64,000 nt of DNA from an uncultured Parachlamydiaceae bacterium (GCA_963752155.1 CAVVXH010000015.1:119040-183039), one strand, 5' to 3'. Shown: positions 28,453-39,956, numbered from the stretch's first letter. Program-made: numbers and translations. The notes: generated by a model not told the origin, from the sequence alone.

Positions 28453-29952
28453 ATGCATATTATCCACATAGCTGCGGAACTTGCTCCGATAGCAAAAGTC
28501 GGAGGGCTTGCCGATGTTGTTCTGGGTCTCTGCCGAGAATTATCTTGGAAGGGACATGACATCGACATCATTATCCCTTACTACGATTGTATGGATATTA
28601 ATCAAATCCGTGAACTTTCTCTTATAGTCTCCGATCTTCACTCTTTTTATGAAGGTGAGTGGATCTCCAACTTTGTTTGGATGGGCTGGGTTGAAAATCT
28701 AAAAGTCTATTTTATTGATCCTCACCATAAACGGTATTTCTTTAATAGAAGCTGTTTTTATGGCTGTGAGGACGACATCGATCGGTATCTCTATTTTTCT
28801 CGTGCGGCTTTGGAATTTATTCATTCCTCCGACCTTACTCCGGACATCATTCATTTACACGACTGGCAAACAGCAGCTATAGCTCCGCTTTATTATAACG
28901 TTTATCGAAAGAAAGGTCTAACCAAACCAAAAATCGTTTTTACAATTCACAATATTGAATACCAGGGTAAATGCAGTCCTAAAAATATCGAAGACATTGG
29001 ACTTGATAGCAAAGTCGAACTCACCCCAGCTAAACTTCAAGACCCCTTTCAACCTGATACACTTAACTTACTCAAGGGCGGCATTGTTTATTCAGATTTC
29101 ATTACCACAGTTTCACCAACCTATGCCAAAGAAGTGTTAACTTCTGCAGGAGGAAGGGGTCTTGAAACCACTTTAAACGAAAATTTATCAAAATTTTGCG
29201 GCGTTTTAAATGGTATTGACTATTCTTATTGGAATCCCGAAATCGATCGTCATTTACCTTGTCATTATGCGTCGAGAGAAATCCCTAAGAACAAAAAAGA
29301 TCATAATATTCTCAATCAAAAAGCTTTTATCAAGCATTTAGTGCGAGAAAAATTAATGCTCGATGAAGTTCACCGTCCTATTATCGGCTGCATTGCACGC
29401 CTCGTGCCTCAAAAAGGAATTGATCTGATTGAATTTGCTCTGAAATATGCTATATCCCACAATGGACAATTTCTTTTACTGGGTTCTAGCCCTATTCCAG
29501 AAATCCAAGATCACTTTCAACATCTCCAGCAGCAATTTAATGACAGTCCTCACGTTCATCTGACTCTCCACCATCAAGAGGAACTCGCTCATCTGATCTA
29601 TGCTGCCTCAGATATGTTCATTGTTCCTTCACTTTTTGAGCCTTGTGGACTCACCCAAATGATTGCATTAAAATATGGATCCATTCCAATTGTACGTAAA
29701 ACTGGAGGATTGGCTGATACCATTATCGACGTAGACTCCGGAAGACCTTTTGAAGAGACCAATGGCTATGTTTTCGAATCTCCTACATGTGAAGGGCTTC
29801 AATCGGCCTTGGATCGCGCTTTTGATGCCTGGTACCATAAACAAGACTTCTGGAGGCAGCTATTGATTCATGGAATGAATATCGATTTTAGCTGGAACTA
29901 CCCTTCAAATGCCTATTTAAACATCTATAACAAACTCTGTGGAAAAATTTGA
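28453..29952 (+). CDS. glgA: Glycogen synthase
   Basis: KVGGLADV, HLHDWQ, LNGID, PSLFEPCGLTQM, RKTGGLADT. Confidence 0.96.
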   Translation: MHIIHIAAELAPIAKVGGLADVVLGLCRELSWKGHDIDIIIPYYDCMDINQIRELSLIVSDLHSFYEGEWISNFVWMGWVENLKVYFIDPHHKRYFFNRSCFYGCEDDIDRYLYFSRAALEFIHSSDLTPDIIHLHDWQTAAIAPLYYNVYRKKGLTKPKIVFTIHNIEYQGKCSPKNIEDIGLDSKVELTPAKLQDPFQPDTLNLLKGGIVYSDFITTVSPTYAKEVLTSAGGRGLETTLNENLSKFCGVLNGIDYSYWNPEIDRHLPCHYASREIPKNKKDHNILNQKAFIKHLVREKLMLDEVHRPIIGCIARLVPQKGIDLIEFALKYAISHNGQFLLLGSSPIPEIQDHFQHLQQQFNDSPHVHLTLHHQEELAHLIYAASDMFIVPSLFEPCGLTQMIALKYGSIPIVRKTGGLADTIIDVDSGRPFEETNGYVFESPTCEGLQSALDRAFDAWYHKQDFWRQLLIHGMNIDFSWNYPSNAYLNIYNKLCGKI

Positions 29953-29961
29953 GGAAATTAA

Positions 29962-30558
29962 GTGGGCATAGCCAATTACATTACATTTATTCGAGTTTTG
30001 ATCAGTCCTCTTTTTATGCTCGTCTATATTTATCCTGATTTCTTTAAAGTAAGCGAAGCGCAACTGCCTTATATTCTACTTTGCTTATTAAGTATTTCAG
30101 AATTATCTGACGCTTTGGATGGTTACTTTGCCCGTAGGTATAATCAAATCTCTGAGTTTGGTAAAATTTTCGATCCCATGGCTGACAGCATTTCCAGAAT
30201 ATCCGTTTTTCTAACATTCACCTACCCTCCGGTCAGCTTGCCACTTCCCCTTATCTTTATTTTCATGTATCGCGATTCTGTCACAAGTACATTGAGAACG
30301 GTTTGTGCTTTGCGAGGTTTCGCTTTAGCTGCTCGACCTAGCGGTAAAATAAAAGCAATTATCCAAGCTGTCGCTTCTTTTGCAGTTTTATTTTTGATGA
30401 TTCCCTTTTCGATGGGGCTGCTTACTCAAACAAGCCTCCAAACTTACAGCACATGGATTGTTCTTACTGCTGCTATTTACGCTCTTCTATCTGGTGTAGA
30501 TTACATCTACTCTATTCGTCACGATGTCGTTAACTTACTTCAGCCCAAAAGGACTTGA
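29962..30558 (+). CDS. pgsA: CDP-alcohol phosphatidyltransferase
   Basis: DALDGYFARR...FGKIFDPMAD. Confidence 0.88.
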   Translation: MGIANYITFIRVLISPLFMLVYIYPDFFKVSEAQLPYILLCLLSISELSDALDGYFARRYNQISEFGKIFDPMADSISRISVFLTFTYPPVSLPLPLIFIFMYRDSVTSTLRTVCALRGFALAARPSGKIKAIIQAVASFAVLFLMIPFSMGLLTQTSLQTYSTWIVLTAAIYALLSGVDYIYSIRHDVVNLLQPKRT

Positions 30559-30567
30559 ACATAGCCT

Positions 30568-31569
30568 GTGAAAAAGAATATCATTCAGACGGCTTCTCAT
30601 CTCGATGTTTTAGGTATTGGCGCTCCTCTGGTCGATCAAATATTCCACGTGTCAGAGGAACGCTTAGCTAAAATGCCTGGAAACAAGGGGGGGATGGAAC
30701 CTGTAGATTTTCCGACCTTCACTAAACTTCTTCATGAATCTTCTGGAGAGTCAAAAATTATTCCTGGAGGAAGTTGTGCCAACACGTTGCGAGGCCTACG
30801 ACAACTGGGTCACACATGTGGCTTTATAGGAAAAATCGGCAATGATTCCATTGGAGATTTCTATCTCAAAGACCTTCAAAATCTTGGCATAGAGTATCTC
30901 TGCAAACCCTCTGCAACACCAACAGGACAAGTTCTCTCTTTTGTTACTCCAGATGGAGAACGCACTTTCTACGTCTATCTAGGGGCTAGCCTAGAGATCA
31001 GCACCAAAGATTTGAATCCGACAGACTTTAATCAAGTCCGACTTGTCCATCTTGAAGGATACTCTCTAGTCTACCCTGGGTTAGTACAACGCGCGATGGA
31101 GTATGCTAAAAAGGGCGGATCGATAGTTTCATTAGATCTTGCTAATTTTGAGATTGTTGCGGCCTCTAGAGAAGTCTTTATTGACCTCATCAAAACTTAC
31201 GTTGACATCTGTTTTGGAAACGAAAAAGAAATTCAAGCACTCACGGGCCTCTCAGCTCATGAAGGTTGCAAATTACTCAGAAGCCTTTGCCCAATTGCTA
31301 TAGCCACAATGGGCAAAAAGGGATGCTGGGTTAGCCAAAAAGAGGATTGTACTTTTGTTCCTACGACACCGATTGACCATCCTCTTGATACTACCGGTGC
31401 TGGAGACCTATTCTTGAGCGGATTCCTCCATGGGTATCTAACAGGTGAACCTATCGAAATATGCGCTCGTTATGGTGTTCACGCAGGAACTGCTATTGTT
31501 CAAGTCGAAGGAGCTTATCTTAACGAAATGCAATGGCAAAAGCTGAAAATGGAATTAAATATTAAGTGA
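30568..31569 (+). CDS. PfkB-family (adenosine kinase-like) kinase
   Basis: GGSCAN, TPDGERT, DTTGAGDLF. Confidence 0.92.
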   Translation: MKKNIIQTASHLDVLGIGAPLVDQIFHVSEERLAKMPGNKGGMEPVDFPTFTKLLHESSGESKIIPGGSCANTLRGLRQLGHTCGFIGKIGNDSIGDFYLKDLQNLGIEYLCKPSATPTGQVLSFVTPDGERTFYVYLGASLEISTKDLNPTDFNQVRLVHLEGYSLVYPGLVQRAMEYAKKGGSIVSLDLANFEIVAASREVFIDLIKTYVDICFGNEKEIQALTGLSAHEGCKLLRSLCPIAIATMGKKGCWVSQKEDCTFVPTTPIDHPLDTTGAGDLFLSGFLHGYLTGEPIEICARYGVHAGTAIVQVEGAYLNEMQWQKLKMELNIK

Positions 31570-31574
31570 TACCC

Positions 31575-33131
31575 ATGAAAAAGTTACCGATCGGCATTCA
31601 ACATTTCCCCACGCTGATTCACGATGGATTTCTCTATGTCGATAAGACGCAACTTATTCATCGTCTCATCAATGAACAACGAGGACATTTCCTTGCTCGT
31701 CCGAGACGTTTTGGAAAATCCCTACTTTGTTCTACATTGTTAACGATCTTTCAAGGAAAAAAAGAACTTTTTAAAGAATGTTGGATCTCAACTTCAGAAT
31801 ATCAATGGCCTTGTCACCCGGTCCTCTGGTTTGATTTTTCCACTCTAATAGGTCGTGATAAAAAAACCGTAGAGCGCTCATTGCAAAATGCTCTTATATA
31901 CGCTGCTACTGATATCGGCATTACACTCACACCTGAAGCGTCTCCTGTAGATACTTTTATTTCTCTAGTGCGACAAGCTTCATTAGAAGGAGAAGTCGTC
32001 ATCATTATCGACGAATATGATCATCCCCTATTAAAATTGCTCGACAATAAGCAAGAGTTAATTCAAATTCGAGACTTATTGAGCGAATTTTATACAGCAA
32101 TCAAATCATGCAGTCGATTTATACGATATGTATTTATCACAGGCGTCAGCAAATTTTCTAAGGTATCTCTTTTTTCCGGTATGAATAATATTCAAGATAT
32201 CACGTTGAATCCTAACTATGCCACTTTGACCGGCGTTACAGAAATAGAATTACGCAAGAACTATGTGGAGTGGATCGAGACGGTCGCAGCGAAAAGAGAA
32301 GAACCGATCACTCAAACCTATGATTTAATGCGTAAATGGTATAATGGCTACTGCTTTTCGACTTTAAATGATACTGAAAAGGTTTATAACCCTGTTTCAC
32401 TGCACAACTTTCTTGAAAGTGGACGTTTATCCAATTTTTGGTTTGGAACCGCAACCCCAACATTTGCAATAGACTTAATCCGTCGACAAAATTATCCGAT
32501 CATGAATTTAGAAGGAGAAGTTACCATCGGAGCTTCCTTAGATGAACATCATGAGGTGACACAAATTAGCTTGATTCCCCTTCTATTTCAAACCGGTTAC
32601 CTCACTATTCAACACTTTGATGAAATAAACCAAACCTACAAACTCACCTTTCCAAATGAAGAAGTTCGTCGTTCTTTCTTTGATCATCTATTGACCGAGT
32701 TAACTAAGTTGAACGAAACACAGTTAGAATCACATTTTCTAGAATTAGATAGTGCACTACATTCAAAGGACTTGAAAAATTTTTTTGACAGTCTAAACAT
32801 CCTTTTAGCTGAAATACCTTATTCGATTCACATTGCAAAAGAAGCCTATTATCATTCTTTAATCTATCTGATCATACGAGCACTAAAAGTCAAAGTTCAA
32901 CCTGAAGTACTCACAAGTAGAGGAAGGATGGATCTTGTTGCCGAGGTAGACAACATCTTCTACATCTTTGAGTTTAAATTTGGGCCAACTGCTAAAGAGG
33001 CCCTAGAACAAATTATTCAAAAAGGATATGCGGATCGTTATAAAAACTTAAAGAAAAAAGTTATCCTAGTGGGCATCTCTATATCGCGCAAAAAGCGCAA
33101 GATCGATGACTGGATAGAACAAGAGTTGTAA
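31575..33131 (+). CDS. AAA-ATPase-like protein with C-terminal PD-(D/E)XK nuclease
   Basis: KKLPIGIQ, YVDKT, RPRRFGKSL, IIDEYD, GRMDL..IFEFK, ALEQI..KGY. Confidence 0.9.
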   Translation: MKKLPIGIQHFPTLIHDGFLYVDKTQLIHRLINEQRGHFLARPRRFGKSLLCSTLLTIFQGKKELFKECWISTSEYQWPCHPVLWFDFSTLIGRDKKTVERSLQNALIYAATDIGITLTPEASPVDTFISLVRQASLEGEVVIIIDEYDHPLLKLLDNKQELIQIRDLLSEFYTAIKSCSRFIRYVFITGVSKFSKVSLFSGMNNIQDITLNPNYATLTGVTEIELRKNYVEWIETVAAKREEPITQTYDLMRKWYNGYCFSTLNDTEKVYNPVSLHNFLESGRLSNFWFGTATPTFAIDLIRRQNYPIMNLEGEVTIGASLDEHHEVTQISLIPLLFQTGYLTIQHFDEINQTYKLTFPNEEVRRSFFDHLLTELTKLNETQLESHFLELDSALHSKDLKNFFDSLNILLAEIPYSIHIAKEAYYHSLIYLIIRALKVKVQPEVLTSRGRMDLVAEVDNIFYIFEFKFGPTAKEALEQIIQKGYADRYKNLKKKVILVGISISRKKRKIDDWIEQEL

Positions 33132-33248
33132 CGATGTTGGGTTTAGCATTAATGACATCGGCTATGTGTTTCTTATGTCCTCCATTCCCAAAGCTAAATA
33201 TTCTACAAAATATCCAGGATAATGCTGAATCAATTTTTCACATTTCGA

Positions 33249-33491
33249 TTATCTTTTCAAATTTAACGCAGCCCGTAAAGCGATTTGCGCACTTTGAAGT
33301 CCAGCTAAAATACCTTCTTCATAACGGAAATAGGGATGATTTTCTAAAGCCGGAAAATCATTGGGTTGCAGAATATCGTCACTCGTTACATTTGGAACGA
33401 TGCGTCTCGCACATTGCAAGAGGGTCTTTTGCTGAGCATCAATTAATTCTTGTAAAAGTTGATCCGTCTCTGTAACTTGTTCACGCATCAT
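33249..33491 (-). CDS. Hypothetical protein overlapping the tadA stop
   Basis: 80-aa ORF coupled to tadA; DDILQPNDFP..FRYEEG. Confidence 0.75.
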   Translation of the reverse strand: MMREQVTETDQLLQELIDAQQKTLLQCARRIVPNVTSDDILQPNDFPALENHPYFRYEEGILAGLQSAQIALRAALNLKR

Positions 33492-33990
33492 TTTCAGCTC
33501 CCTTCTGTAGTCTTCTACGTTGAAAAAAATCGCGCATTAATGTTGCAGAATATTCTTTAAGAACTCCTGAGGAGATTTCAATACTGTGGGTAGGGTGGGG
33601 CGACTTAAATAAATCCACCCAACTGCCATTTGCCCCATGACGAATATCCGGAGCCCCCCAAACAAGGCGTGAAACCCGAGTCAATAACATTGCTCCGGCA
33701 CACATGCTGCAAGGCTCGATCGTGCAGTATAAGGTTGCACCTGTTAACCGCCAGTTTTCCATGGCTGCTTCCCCTGCTGTTAAACAAAGCATCTCAGCGT
33801 GAGCAGTTGCATCGTTTAGCATTTCAACTTGATTAGAACCTCTTGAAATAACCTCTGAATTGTGAACCAAGACAGCCCCAACAGGCACTTCATCGGCACA
33901 AAAGGCTTTCCATGCTTCTTTTAGAGCCAACAGCATATATTTTTCATCATCATTGGTGGAAACAATTGTAAATGGAAATGGGTTTTTCAT
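33481..33990 (-). CDS. tadA: tRNA adenosine(34) deaminase
   Basis: EVPVGAVLV, HAE, EPCSMCAGA. Confidence 0.93.
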   Translation of the reverse strand: MKNPFPFTIVSTNDDEKYMLLALKEAWKAFCADEVPVGAVLVHNSEVISRGSNQVEMLNDATAHAEMLCLTAGEAAMENWRLTGATLYCTIEPCSMCAGAMLLTRVSRLVWGAPDIRHGANGSWVDLFKSPHPTHSIEISSGVLKEYSATLMRDFFQRRRLQKGAENDA

Positions 33991-34067
33991 GTGAGAGACC
34001 TTTATTCGAAATGGACAGTGTAATCAAGTCATACTATACAGCAATATAGCCCTATATACTACATTAT

Positions 34068-34345
34068 TTTTTTTTAACGCAAAGAAACAAAAGACGCGAA
34101 GGCGCAAAGAAAATAGGCCATGATCTTTGCGCCAAATACTTGCTTCTCCTAAATAACAAGTTCGCGCCTTGCCATTGGTGCCTGACCAGATATTACTGAC
34201 ATTTGCCGATGCGATAACATTGCTTCCTAAAGGGCAAATGTCAGAATATCAGGTCAGGCACCAATGGCAAGGCGCTTTAAAAATCTGTTATTTCCCGATA
34301 GGGGGCGCCGCAGGCAACTGTCTCGCTTTGCGTTAAAAAAAAATT
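34068..34345. repeat. Composite B/D element (inverted)
   Basis: D at 34164-34275 with the same linkers as 18450-18762, reversed. Confidence 0.85.
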
Positions 34346-34545
34346 AAACTTTTCTGTTTTAGCATTTCGTTGTTCTTGATATCACAACACGGCTAAGTGG
34401 GCAAGGGCACGAAAATTAGCGAGAATTGCTATAAATCTAACTTACCCCTTGATTTATAATTCCCAGTCAGGTATTCTTAGCAGTAAGTATTGTAGCATCG
34501 AAATAAATCGGCCACATCTAGGCTCTTAAACTACGGGGGATTCGA

Positions 34546-34815
34546 ATGTCTCTAGACAAAGGCACAAAAGAAGAAATAACTAAAAAGTTCCAACTCCACG
34601 AGAAGGATACTGGTTCAGCAGATGTGCAAATCGCCATCTTGACAGAGCGCATTGTTGAGCTCACAGAGCACCTCAAGCGAACACCCAAAGATCATAATTC
34701 ACGTTTAGCCCTACTTAAACTTGTTGGTCAACGGCGTAGACTTTTGGACTATCTAAACTCTACCGACACAAAACGATATCAAGGACTCATTAGCAAACTG
34801 AAACTGCGTAGATAA
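34546..34815 (+). CDS. rpsO: 30S ribosomal protein S15
   Basis: [25 protein letters not shown]. Confidence 0.98.
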   Translation: MSLDKGTKEEITKKFQLHEKDTGSADVQIAILTERIVELTEHLKRTPKDHNSRLALLKLVGQRRRLLDYLNSTDTKRYQGLISKLKLRR

Positions 34816-34843
34816 CCCCCCATCCAAGTCACAAATTTTCAAA

Positions 34844-35099
34844 TGAGGATATCAATTTCAATCAAACTGCCACACATTTCAGTTGTTGGCCATAAAATTG
34901 GCCTCATTCTCCTTTTGGGTCAAAAATACGGTCGACTGCGAAACGCCGACTGCGCAGCTTTGCTCCTCGGCAATAGCTTAGGCTATTACCTCGTCGCAAA
35001 TCAGCACATTCGGCATTTCTCGTCTGACCGTATTTTCGACCGAAAAGGTGAACGAGGCCATAAAATTCACGTTTATTTGGTTGATATTGATGTTCTCAC
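34844..35099. repeat. Family G long imperfect palindrome
   Basis: Nested inverted arms (TGAGGATATCAAT/ATTGATGTTCTCA; GGCCTC.TTC.CCTTTT/AAAAGGTGAACGAGGCC) centred on AATAGCTTAGGCTATT. Confidence 0.8.
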
Positions 35100-35220
35100 C
35101 TTATACAATGCTATTAATTTGCACAGAATGGAATACACCTGTGCAAACTCTCTAAACTCTACACAAGCCTTTCATCAGGCTATCATCAAACAATGCTGAA
35201 ATAGGAGCACCTAAAATACT

Positions 35221-37315
35221 ATGTCGCACGAATCCATCACAGTGACCATTGGAGAACAAAATATTACTTTTGAAACAGGGAAAATTGCACGTCAAGCCAA
35301 TGGAGCTGTCATTGTACGATGCGGCGAGACGCTGATATTCAGCACGGCCTGCGCGACAACTAAGCCTGGTGAAGAAACAGATTTCCTTCCTTTAAAAGTA
35401 GACTACCAAGAGCCTTTATCCGCTTCCGGAAAAACCAACAGCGGCTTTGTTAAACGTCAAGGTCGACCTACCGAAAGAGAAGTTTTAGTCTCTCGTTTAA
35501 TAGATAGACCTTTACGTCCTATGTTTGAAGAGGGCTATTTCTGTGAAGTGCAGTTGCTTTCTTATGTCTGGTCCTATGACGGTGTTCATCTTCCCGACCC
35601 ATTAGCCATTTGCGGCTGTTCTGCCGCCTTAGTGATTTCTGACATTCCCCTCATCAAACCTGTAGCAGGAGTACGTGTAGGACTTGTTGAAGGTCATTTC
35701 ATTTTAAACCCGACAATGGCCCAGCAAAAGGTTTCCAAACTCGATTTATCGCTTGCTGGGACCGAAGACGGCATTCTCATGATCGAAGGCTTCTGCGACT
35801 TTTTAACAGAAGATCAAATCATCGAGGCCATTGCCTTAGGTCACGCAGGGATTAAAAAGATCTGTTCAGCGTTGCTCGAATGGCAAAAGAGAATAGGAAA
35901 ACCAAAAAATCGTTCTTCCCTTCGAATACTCCCACCAGAAGTACTTGCTGCTGTAGATGCGATTGCTTCCCCATTGCTGCCGAATGCTCTACGCATCGTT
36001 GAAAAGCAAAAAAGAGAAGAAGCTCTTTCTGCAATCGATGCTAAAGTCATCGAGCAATTGTGTCCTACTCATGGAGAAGGTAAATATAAAGAACTTGACG
36101 TACGCAATGGGATTAAACAAACAACCGCACGTCATATGCGTCAAATGATCGTCAATACTAATGTTCGTAGCGACGGAAGAAACACTACCCAGATTCGCCC
36201 GATTACAATCGAACAAGGTTTACTTCCACGCGCACATGGCAGCACTCTTTTTACTCGTGGAGAAACACAAGCTGTTGCTGTGTGTACCCTCGGCGGGGAA
36301 AGCATGGCTCAACGGTTTGAAGATTTAGAAGGAGAAAGCGCTTCTCGCTTCTATCTACACTATTTCTTCCCTCCTTTTTCTGTGGGTGAAGTGGGAAGGG
36401 TAGGAGCTCCGGGCCGTCGCGAACTAGGTCACGGCAAACTTGCAGAGCGCGCCTTAGCTGCTATTATTCCTTCCAAAGAAAAATTCCCCTACACAATCCG
36501 CATCGAATCAAACATCACCGAATCGAATGGGTCTTCCTCGATGGCGTCAGTCTGTGGAGGATGCTTAGCTCTCATGGATGCGGGTGTTCCTATCGACCGC
36601 CCTGTTGCCGGTATTGCTATGGGTCTTATCCAGGAAGGGACTCATTACTCAGTTCTGTCTGATATTCTTGGAATCGAAGATGCTCTCGGCGATATGGACT
36701 TCAAAATTACCGGCGATGATAAAGCGATTACTGCCTTTCAGATGGATATCAAGATTGAAGGGATCCCGCCGGAAATCATGAAAGTAGCACTCGCTCAGGC
36801 AAAAGAAGGTCGTATACACATCCTTAAAGAAATGTTGAAAGCCTGCCCACCGTTACCGTGAACAGATGTCAGTTCATGCCCCTCGCATTGAAACAATGCG
36901 TATCAGATCTAATATGATCGCAAAAGTTATTGGCCCTGGGGGTAAACAAATCCGCGCCATTACTGATGAAACGGGAGTAAAGATCGACATTGATGATTCT
37001 GGTGGTTATGGCTTAATCAGTATCTCTTCTTCGAATATGAAGGCTATCGAAAAAGCTATGAACATCATCGAAGGACTCACCGCTGAAATTGAGATCGGAA
37101 AGGTCTACAAAGGCAAGGTTATAGCTGTTAAAACTTTTGGGATGTTCGTAGAAGTCCTTCCTGGAAAAGAAGGCCTTTGTCACATTTCTGAATTCGATCA
37201 TATGCGTATTGAAAATCTTGAAGAACTTGTCAAAGTCGGGGATGTCGTTTCTGTGAAAGTCACTGAAATTAACGAACGCGGACTCATTAAATTGAGTCGA
37301 AAAGCTGCTCTGTAG
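35221..37315 (+). CDS. pnp: Polynucleotide phosphorylase, split by a +1 frameshift near 36853
   Basis: RNase PH domains in 35221-36861, KH/S1 in 36866-37315; removing one T from CCG TTAC CGT GAA CAG ATG gives PYREQMSVHAPRI. Confidence 0.95.
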
Positions 37316-37320
37316 TTTAT

Positions 37321-37632
37321 AACGATATTAGGGTATAAAGTATAGGAAAAATTAAACGCAAAGCGAGACAGTTGCCTACGGCGCCCCCTATTGGGAAATA
37401 ACAAATTTTTAAAGCGCCTTGCCATTGGTGCCTGACCTGATATTCTGACATTTGCCTACAATGATAACGTAACCTCCTAGGAGGGCAAATGTCAGAATAT
37501 CAGGTCAGGCACCAATGGCAAGAGGCGCGAACTTGTTATTTAGGAGACACGAAGCCACAAAGAGCACTTACGATACTTTACATGTAAGAACTCTTTCTGC
37601 CTTCGTGTCTTTGCGTTTAATTTTCCTATACT
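37321..37632. repeat. Composite B/D element
   Basis: Very similar to 18450-18762, with a closing B arm. Confidence 0.9.
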
Positions 37633-37637
37633 TCAAA

Positions 37638-38045
37638 TCACTTAACAAATATTGGAAGTAAGTCATGCTTGTCATGTTCTTCTAAATACAAACGCCATTC
37701 ATCAGCTTGCCAACTAAATTCCTCCAATAAGTCTTTGATCGTATGTTTATTAAATCGACCCATTAGACCTAAATATTTTAATTTAATTTGAAAGCGATCT
37801 TCATCAACAACTAACGTTGTATGAATCCATTCCCCTGAAAACGGAGGGTTTCCTACCAAGCATCGGCGCACACTCTTTGGAATATAATTGCCACCCTCGT
37901 AGACAGAAGTGGTAAGTGAAATCTTGGTTTCATGTTCTAATAAGCTGATATCAACATCAGATCCACCTATATGAACTTGTATTAAATCGTTATGAAACAA
38001 ACGATTAAATAATTTACTTAAATCTTTTTCGAGAATCATATCCAC
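37638..38045 (-). CDS. Hypothetical protein
   Basis: 135-aa acidic ORF; no recognised motif. Confidence 0.75.
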   Translation of the reverse strand: MDMILEKDLSKLFNRLFHNDLIQVHIGGSDVDISLLEHETKISLTTSVYEGGNYIPKSVRRCLVGNPPFSGEWIHTTLVVDEDRFQIKLKYLGLMGRFNKHTIKDLLEEFSWQADEWRLYLEEHDKHDLLPIFVK

Positions 38046-38458
38046 CCCTATCTATTTGAGCGATAGATTAAAAAAAACCCACTCTTTCCAATGAAAGAGT
38101 AGTCTAATAAAAAATAAACAAATTATTCAAAACCTAGTTAATTAACATCCCCCATAACTTTATTATACAAAAATACAATATTCATGAAAAGGAAAATAAC
38201 AAATCAACAAACATTATTTTTTAATAATTTAAATCTATAAGACTCCTATAATTACGCCGTATAGAGGTTATGTGGTCTAAATGTATATTAATAGATGCAA
38301 GTGACGTGCCAAACTTGTCAGAACCAGAAGGACAGCAAGAGACTGGCCAAAAAGATGAATAAAGCCAAGAATTTAGACTTTGAATATCAGTAACTTATGA
38401 AATTAAATTTGAAAAGCCCATAGCCGGGCTCGCTATAGGCTCAGGCCAACCTTTCTCT

Positions 38459-39874
38459 TCAATAATATGGCCTAAATGAAGAAGATGGATGGGGTTTATC
38501 TTTAAGCAAACCAACAGCCGAGTATTTATCTTCATACATTCTCCAAGAAAATAATGAAGCATATATACCTTCTGGAATAGATTCTCTAAGCTTTTCTACA
38601 GACGAAGGTTGGGTCCAGAAATTTGCTTTACAATGCTTTATTTCTGCGATGTATTGAGAATGCGTTTGGCCTTCAGGGATCCGAGAACAATAGATTAAAT
38701 TTGGAAAACAAGTGGGGGCATTTTTGGAAGAAACATCAGAACCATTAATGATAATATTCTCAATGTTAGGAAAATGCTTTGCAAATTTATTAAGATCACC
38801 CTCAAAACCGGGAAAAACCAAAGTCTTAATGTTCTTTCGCATACTTTCATCTAACACAACACAAACAAACAATTTTTCTAAATCATCTCTATTCTTAACA
38901 TATAATCCAGTGACATAAGTTTTCAATAATGTACAAAGAGTTCCTTCTTTTGTGAGCAATTCAGCGGAATCAACATCTAAGGCGATTTCATTATTTCCAG
39001 AAAACAAAAAGGAAATCTTATTGTTTTTTAAATAAGAAATGAGCGCTCTCGATTCTATGTTTGGAATAACTCCTTTTTTTCCTTCATTGATGAAAGTTCT
39101 CAACTGATCAAGCTTACTTATCTCTGCTATTGACCTAGAAAGAGCGTTATGAGTATCCTCAAGAAGTTGAGAATGAGATATCAATTTTGCAAAATGATAA
39201 AGAGAAAATAGGGTATCATTATCGATTTGAGCGCCATACATAATAGTTCTGATAGGACTATAGATCCCTTTTTGAAAAATCTTCAAAACTTCTACAGATT
39301 TAACATCATCCAATACAATTTCATATTTTACCTCTGAATTTTGTACTATTGCAATCGGATTGATCCTCTCTGCTAAGTAAGGATAACCAAGCTCTAAAAC
39401 AGTCTTATTACTCAAAACTGATCCTTGCTTTTCGGCGCAATAAATCTGAACATTCTTCTTAAGTGAAGCATTTTGGTAAACAAGGCTATTCATAAAACAA
39501 TCATGAACGTTTTCAAGCAATGTCTTATCAATTTGAGTTTTGAGTTTAAGTCCAAGTTTTATGCAACGAAAAGCTATGTCAGGTTGCTTATTTAAAAAAG
39601 GGTGCGGTATCTTATAAGTGAAAAAAGTCAATATATCAACCAAGAGATCAAATTTGCCTTTCTTACACATCATCTCTATTTCTTTCATTTTGCTATGCCC
39701 AAATAAAGAAACTTTTGATGATGGTTCAGAATCGTCAGAATCATCTGATTCATTTTCAGATTTACTGGATTCGCCAAATACGCGAGGTGTATTTAACGAA
39801 ACCTTTGATGACTCATCTGATTCATTTAGAAGATTAGATAAACCTAACGAAACTTTTGGTGTTGTTTCAAACAT
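38459..39874 (-). CDS. BTB/POZ-like domain protein (putative effector)
   Basis: NKTVLELGYPYL...EIVLDDV...LKIF..GIYS...IDNDTLFSLYHFA..I....L follows the BTB pattern; Ser/Asp-rich N-terminus with three KVSL motifs. Confidence 0.65.
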   Translation of the reverse strand: MFETTPKVSLGLSNLLNESDESSKVSLNTPRVFGESSKSENESDDSDDSEPSSKVSLFGHSKMKEIEMMCKKGKFDLLVDILTFFTYKIPHPFLNKQPDIAFRCIKLGLKLKTQIDKTLLENVHDCFMNSLVYQNASLKKNVQIYCAEKQGSVLSNKTVLELGYPYLAERINPIAIVQNSEVKYEIVLDDVKSVEVLKIFQKGIYSPIRTIMYGAQIDNDTLFSLYHFAKLISHSQLLEDTHNALSRSIAEISKLDQLRTFINEGKKGVIPNIESRALISYLKNNKISFLFSGNNEIALDVDSAELLTKEGTLCTLLKTYVTGLYVKNRDDLEKLFVCVVLDESMRKNIKTLVFPGFEGDLNKFAKHFPNIENIIINGSDVSSKNAPTCFPNLIYCSRIPEGQTHSQYIAEIKHCKANFWTQPSSVEKLRESIPEGIYASLFSWRMYEDKYSAVGLLKDKPHPSSSFRPYY

Positions 39875-39956
39875 AATAACCTCGTTCAATTGTTTAATGT
39901 TTCAGATTCTAAATCCAGCTGCAGAAAAAATCAAGAAAAATTATGAAGAAAAATTG

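Noticed and set aside
33134..33475. 113-aa plus-strand ORF
   Set aside because: Antisense to the tadA-coupled gene, which has better context
34480..34545. S15 autoregulatory leader
   Set aside because: Position fits, but I could not establish a convincing structure by eye
34843..35199. 118-aa ORF between rpsO and pnp
   Set aside because: Coincides with the family G palindrome and has no clear RBS
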